This document shows, in pieces, positions 28,037-32,000 of a DNA stretch of 32,000 bases (positions within the stretch are counted from its first letter, which is position 1; the number at the start of each line of letters is the position of its first letter). Position numbers and translations under genes: made by a program. Location of the stretch: contig NC_020409.1 in NCBI RefSeq assembly GCF_000341895.1, positions 1,050,001 through 1,082,000 on the forward strand, read 5' to 3'. The stretch comes from Pseudodesulfovibrio piezophilus C1TLV30. GTDB lineage: Bacteria > Desulfobacterota > Desulfovibrionia > Desulfovibrionales > Desulfovibrionaceae. Below the pieces are notes generated by a model. The model was not told the origin of the DNA. It did not search any database and was given only the letters and a program-made list of their open reading frames with translations.

Positions 28037-28084
28037 GTCACGAAATCGACGGAGAATCGTCACCAAGTGACGAATATTCGTCAC
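28037..28084. promoter_or_regulatory. Cluster of four GTGACGAAT-type half-sites including a perfect 18-bp palindrome
   Basis: The sites are GTCACGAAA (28037-28045), AATCGTCAC (28055-28063), the palindrome CGTCACcaaGTGACG (28058-28072) and the perfect palindrome GTGACGAATATTCGTCAC (28067-28084). The cluster lies 66-113 nt upstream of the OlsF-like start. Confidence 0.5.
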
Positions 28085-28149
28085 TGCTTCGAGAGGATTT
28101 GAGAGACCTGTTTCCCTTAGTCTCTGACAAACCAACTCTGGAGGCTTTC

Positions 28150-29997
28150 ATGGACAGCCATATCACTGGACCGCTCCTTCATCTTGATTCCCCCTTTGGG
28201 GACCCTGTACGCCAAACTCTGTTCTCATTCTTCAAAAAACCACTCTCTAAAGTCCTGCGTTTGAAAACGCTCAATGCAATGTATACCGAACTGCATCAGT
28301 CCGGCAGTGACCAATCGTTTGTCGAACAGGCCATGGGAATCCTCGGGGTCAAATTCTCCGTTGACGGTCAACCGGTCAGCAGAATCCCCAAGACCGGCCC
28401 TTTGGTCGCTGTTTGCAATCACCCATTCGGTATACTCGAAGGTCTTCTGTTGATTAAGATTCTACAAGCAGTTCGCACGGACATCAAAGTCATGGCCAAC
28501 TTCATGCTGGGGAAAATCCCTGAAATAGATGAACTTCTCATTGAGGTCGACCCTTTTGGCAGAGCGGAATCTACCAAAAAAAATATCGCAGGCCTCAAGC
28601 AATCCATGCGGTGGCTCAGAAATGGCGGGATGCTGATTGTGTTCCCGGCAGGCGAAGTCTCCAGTCTCAAAGTGAAAAAAGCCATGGTGGCCGATCCGGA
28701 ATGGTCCCCCATGATCGGACGTATTATCCGCAAAACCGGGGCTGCGGTCCTTCCGGTCTTTTTTGATGGCCGCAACAGTGGGCTATTTCAAACCCTCGGA
28801 CTGATCCACCCGAAACTACGGACTGTGCTCTTACCTCATGAAAATCTTAAACATGCTTCCAAACGCTCCATCCGAGTCGCCTTTGGGTCGGTGGTCAATT
28901 CGGAGAAGCTCGCCATCCACGAGTCGGACAAGGACCTCATGGATTATCTCCGCTTCAGAACATATCTCCTTCGCAAAAAGGAGGAACACCGATTCGGATT
29001 CAAACCGAAAGAACACAAAAGGAGACTGGCAACTATCGCCAATTCTCGTGGGAAGCATATCCTAGCTAGTGAAGTTGCAGCCCTGCCGGATGATTCAATA
29101 CTCATTAGCTCTGGTGATTTTACTGTTTTTCACTCCGGCGCTTTTCAGATTCCCCGTCTCTTGCGAGAAATAGGCATCCAGCGAGAAAGGACTTTCAGGC
29201 AAGTTGGTGAAGGAACAGGGCGAGCCATGGATATTGATGAATATGATGACACCTACCGTCATCTCGTACTGTGGAACCACAAGGAACGAGAAGTCGCCGG
29301 AGCATACAGGTTCGGTTTGACGGACGAAATACTCGAATCAAGCGGTCCCAAGGGACTTTATACTTCCACGCTTTTTGACTATCAGCCCGGCCTGTTGGAA
29401 AATATGGGACCAGCCCTTGAGATGGGACGTTCCTTTATCACCCCGCAATACCAGAAAAGTTATCAGCCATTGCTCCTTCTCTGGCGAGGCGTTGCACAGT
29501 TTGTCGTCAATAACCCCAAATATACGAAACTCTTTGGATGTGTCTCAATTTCAGGTGAATATTCCGGCGTTTCCCGCGAGTTGATCATTGGATTCATGGA
29601 ACGCCATTGCGCTTTGCCCGAACTGGCAAACATGGCACACCCCAAGCGTCCGCCAAAAAGCAAACGACTCAAGAAAGTCGATTTCACACTCCCCAAAAGT
29701 ATGTTCAATGACCCAGAAGATGTCAGTGCACTGGTCAGCGACGTGGAAGGAGGAACCTCCATACCTGTTCTCCTGAAGCAATACCTCAAACTTGGTGGTA
29801 AAATCATTGGATTCAATGTCGATCCTGACTTTGGAAACTGTTTGGATGGACTGATCCTTGTTGACCTAATGCAGTCGGACCCGAAAGTCCTGGCACGGTT
29901 TATGGGAAAAAATGGTGTCCAGACCTTCCTCGACAGTAACACCGCCACTCCTGTGACCAAGCCCTCTCGCTTGGCAGAAATTTACCCGGCAGCCTAG
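28150..29997 (+). CDS. OlsF-like bifunctional acyltransferase (PlsC-type O-acyltransferase N-domain plus OlsB/GNAT-type N-acyltransferase C-domain), aminolipid synthesis
   Basis: The N-domain has CNHPFGILEG and FPAGEVS, the lysophospholipid acyltransferase motifs. The C-domain has RERTFRQVGEGTGRAMDIDEYDDTYRHLVLWNHKEREVAGAYRF, the OlsB-type N-acyl amino acid synthase pattern. I chose the start at ATG 28150 (SD GGAGG 5 nt upstream). The tracked TTG at 28099 has no usable SD spacing. Confidence 0.7.
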   Translation: MDSHITGPLLHLDSPFGDPVRQTLFSFFKKPLSKVLRLKTLNAMYTELHQSGSDQSFVEQAMGILGVKFSVDGQPVSRIPKTGPLVAVCNHPFGILEGLLLIKILQAVRTDIKVMANFMLGKIPEIDELLIEVDPFGRAESTKKNIAGLKQSMRWLRNGGMLIVFPAGEVSSLKVKKAMVADPEWSPMIGRIIRKTGAAVLPVFFDGRNSGLFQTLGLIHPKLRTVLLPHENLKHASKRSIRVAFGSVVNSEKLAIHESDKDLMDYLRFRTYLLRKKEEHRFGFKPKEHKRRLATIANSRGKHILASEVAALPDDSILISSGDFTVFHSGAFQIPRLLREIGIQRERTFRQVGEGTGRAMDIDEYDDTYRHLVLWNHKEREVAGAYRFGLTDEILESSGPKGLYTSTLFDYQPGLLENMGPALEMGRSFITPQYQKSYQPLLLLWRGVAQFVVNNPKYTKLFGCVSISGEYSGVSRELIIGFMERHCALPELANMAHPKRPPKSKRLKKVDFTLPKSMFNDPEDVSALVSDVEGGTSIPVLLKQYLKLGGKIIGFNVDPDFGNCLDGLILVDLMQSDPKVLARFMGKNGVQTFLDSNTATPVTKPSRLAEIYPAA

Positions 29998-30194
29998 CCG
30001 GATCTTCCCCCTGAGCCTTGCCATAAAAGCATGGGAGAGCATTCTGTTTTTGCTTATTTCCTCCTCCCATGAAGGGATATTTCTCAAAAAAGCAAGCATC
30101 TCATTCTTACAATTCATTATAATGGAATGTTCGGCCCAGTGTGATAAGAGAAAAGAAACGTCCATCTGTCATGTTTAACGGGGGAAGTTTCTCA

Positions 30195-32000
30195 ATGCCA
30201 ATCACGTTCCGGTATTGGTGCCGATCAGGTATCTTTGTATTCATTGTTGCTTTGATCCTCATCAGCACAGCTCTTTGTCTGTCACCTGCGTCAGCTGCGC
30301 AGCCGATTTCTTCAGACTCCCCTGTGCTGTACATGACCGAGGCCAACAAAACTTCCACACTCTCGTTCGCTGACGAAAAAACTCTTGAAACATTGAGAAC
30401 AGACTTCCTTGTGGAACCGGAAGCTCGACAGAGTCTGGAGTTTTCTCCCCGATTAAGCTGGACATTCTGGCTGATTATCGGCGTCATGACTCTCATGGTC
30501 ATCAGTTTTTTCGCTATCATTTTCAGTAAGATTTTCATCAACCTCAAAATCGCATACAAAATGTATGTCAGTTTCGGATACCTTGTGGTGACTGCAGCTC
30601 TTCTGGGGGCTGGGGCTTTTTACTATCTGGACCATGCATCCGGGTTTGCAAAACTCTCCATGCATTTCACTCAAATTGATACCATCGGCAATGAAATCAG
30701 TTCGGCACAGGCAAACTATCTTCTGCATGGCATGGAGAATAAAGACTATGGGGAAAGTCGAGTCACCAAAATTCATGAGGGCCTGACTGCCATTATCGAC
30801 ACGATAAACCAGATCAAGACATCCGGGCTCATGCATCAGACAATGCAGGGGAATCTGGAAGAATTGGAAACAATCCTCCCCCCCTACTCCAATACCCTTG
30901 AAGAAGTTGTCACCTCATTCCAAGCAGTCGAAGAACGAAAAGAGGAGCTTGACAGGCTTCAGACCAAGATGGGAGTCGCCTTGGAATCGATGAGACAGCA
31001 TCACAAGGCTCAACAACTTTCTGACGCAACTCAGGAAATAGACAAGGCGAAAGCCATTCGCTTGAATCATATCATTGATGAGCTGAATCGAACTGAAAAA
31101 TTACTGCTGGAAGCGGCGTATCATGAAGCGGGATTCATCCTCGACAAAAAACCGGTCCATATAGCAACAATGGAACGCATCTTTACCGATGTCATTGCAC
31201 TCCTTGACTTACTCAAAGAGCAACTCACTGAAAGCGAAGACCTCTCCTTGCTGGCGAATATTCAAAATGAGGTCGCCCAGGTCACTACCAGCCTGACCAT
31301 CCTGATCAGGGAAGAAGCGATCATCGCCAAGGATAACGGAACTCTGAACGGGCTGCTCATGCGCTTCGAATCGCTTGGGTCCGAACTGGCCCATGAAGCG
31401 GAGCTCATGGCGCAGGAAGCAGTTCGTGAAGCGGATATCGCCATCATAGTCCTGCTCACTTTCACACTGATCTTCGGTGTGTTCATGTCAATATATATTG
31501 CTTCGTCAATCTCGAAGCCGGTCAAGGAGAGTGCCACTCTGGTACGGCTCATGGCTGAGGGAGATATGACTCAATACCTCCCGTATCATTTCAAGGATGA
31601 AATAGGGCTTATGTGCATTGCGCTCAATGACATGGCCTCGCGGCTGCGCGAAACCATTGGCGTCATTCAGGAAAGCGCGGCTAATGTCGCCAGCGGCAGT
31701 GAAGAGCTGTCTGCCTCGGCAGAAGCTCTCTCGCAGGCCGCGACCGAACAGGCTGCGACCGTTGAAGAAGTCTCTGCATCCATGGTTGAAATGGGATCAA
31801 ATATCGCCCGAACTTCAGACAATTCACAAGAAACCGAAGACATGGCCAATGGGGTGGCAAAAGATGCGGAAGAAGGCGGGCGAGCAGTGACTCAAACCGT
31901 CCATGCCATGCGTGAAATCGCTGAAAAAATCAGCATCGTCGAAGATATTGCCCGACAGACCAACCTGCTTGCATTGAATGCAGCCATAGAAGCGGCACGG
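30195..32000 (+). CDS. Methyl-accepting chemotaxis protein, 3'-partial (runs off window), with extra N-terminal membrane module
   Basis: The frame is open from ATG 30195 to base 32000 (602 codons, not in the ORF track because no stop is reached). The HAMP region is SKPVKESATLVRLMAEGDMTQYLPYHFKDEIGLMCIALNDMASRL and the signalling domain is [27 protein letters not shown] lies 8 nt upstream of the ATG. Confidence 0.8.
   Translation, partial: MPITFRYWCRSGIFVFIVALILISTALCLSPASAAQPISSDSPVLYMTEANKTSTLSFADEKTLETLRTDFLVEPEARQSLEFSPRLSWTFWLIIGVMTLMVISFFAIIFSKIFINLKIAYKMYVSFGYLVVTAALLGAGAFYYLDHASGFAKLSMHFTQIDTIGNEISSAQANYLLHGMENKDYGESRVTKIHEGLTAIIDTINQIKTSGLMHQTMQGNLEELETILPPYSNTLEEVVTSFQAVEERKEELDRLQTKMGVALESMRQHHKAQQLSDATQEIDKAKAIRLNHIIDELNRTEKLLLEAAYHEAGFILDKKPVHIATMERIFTDVIALLDLLKEQLTESEDLSLLANIQNEVAQVTTSLTILIREEAIIAKDNGTLNGLLMRFESLGSELAHEAELMAQEAVREADIAIIVLLTFTLIFGVFMSIYIASSISKPVKESATLVRLMAEGDMTQYLPYHFKDEIGLMCIALNDMASRLRETIGVIQESAANVASGSEELSASAEALSQAATEQAATVEEVSASMVEMGSNIARTSDNSQETEDMANGVAKDAEEGGRAVTQTVHAMREIAEKISIVEDIARQTNLLALNAAIEAAR

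Noticed and set aside
30107-30836. Minus-strand ORFs of 150 and 127 aa
   Set aside because: Both lie antisense to the open MCP reading frame, which has coherent TM, HAMP and signalling-domain features. Neither has an SD or recognisable motifs.

Overview
This 32-kb chromosomal window has moderate GC and about 26 protein-coding genes on both strands. By eye I found no rRNA, tRNA, CRISPR array, transposase or integrase. Most genes are housekeeping or signalling. They are: an HD-GYP protein (5'-partial), an M50 site-2 protease, trpS, an FKBP-type PPIase, a class-I aminotransferase, a MarR regulator with an MFS exporter, pgm, two methyl-accepting chemotaxis proteins (one running off the 3' edge), a cNMP-binding protein, an M48/Ste24 peptidase, a TPR protein, two tandem LysR regulators, groES-groEL, a hemerythrin and an OlsF-like two-domain acyltransferase. 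The gene content (large multiheme cytochrome c, hemerythrin, many MCPs, sigma-54 promoters) resembles a sulfate-reducing Desulfovibrionales-type genome. That is inference only. The most unusual locus is 4768..9792. It holds a single 759-aa ORF fusing a complete PLP cysteine synthase (CysK/CysM) module to a full-length but apparently inactive cysteinyl-tRNA-synthetase-like module (HIGH, KMSKS and Zn/Cys-binding positions all substituted). This ORF is bracketed by two genes that each carry a near-identical sigma-54 (-24/-12) promoter. One is an orphan Ser/Thr-rich acidic protein with a G10/C10 homopolymer tract just upstream of its promoter. The other is a Maf-like (DUF115) putative glycosyltransferase. 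Other points of note are an 11-heme cytochrome c with a C-terminal membrane anchor, a dense palindrome array upstream of the OlsF-like gene, and an MCP with an extra N-terminal membrane module. All calls rest on reading the translations and the DNA by eye. No database search was run.
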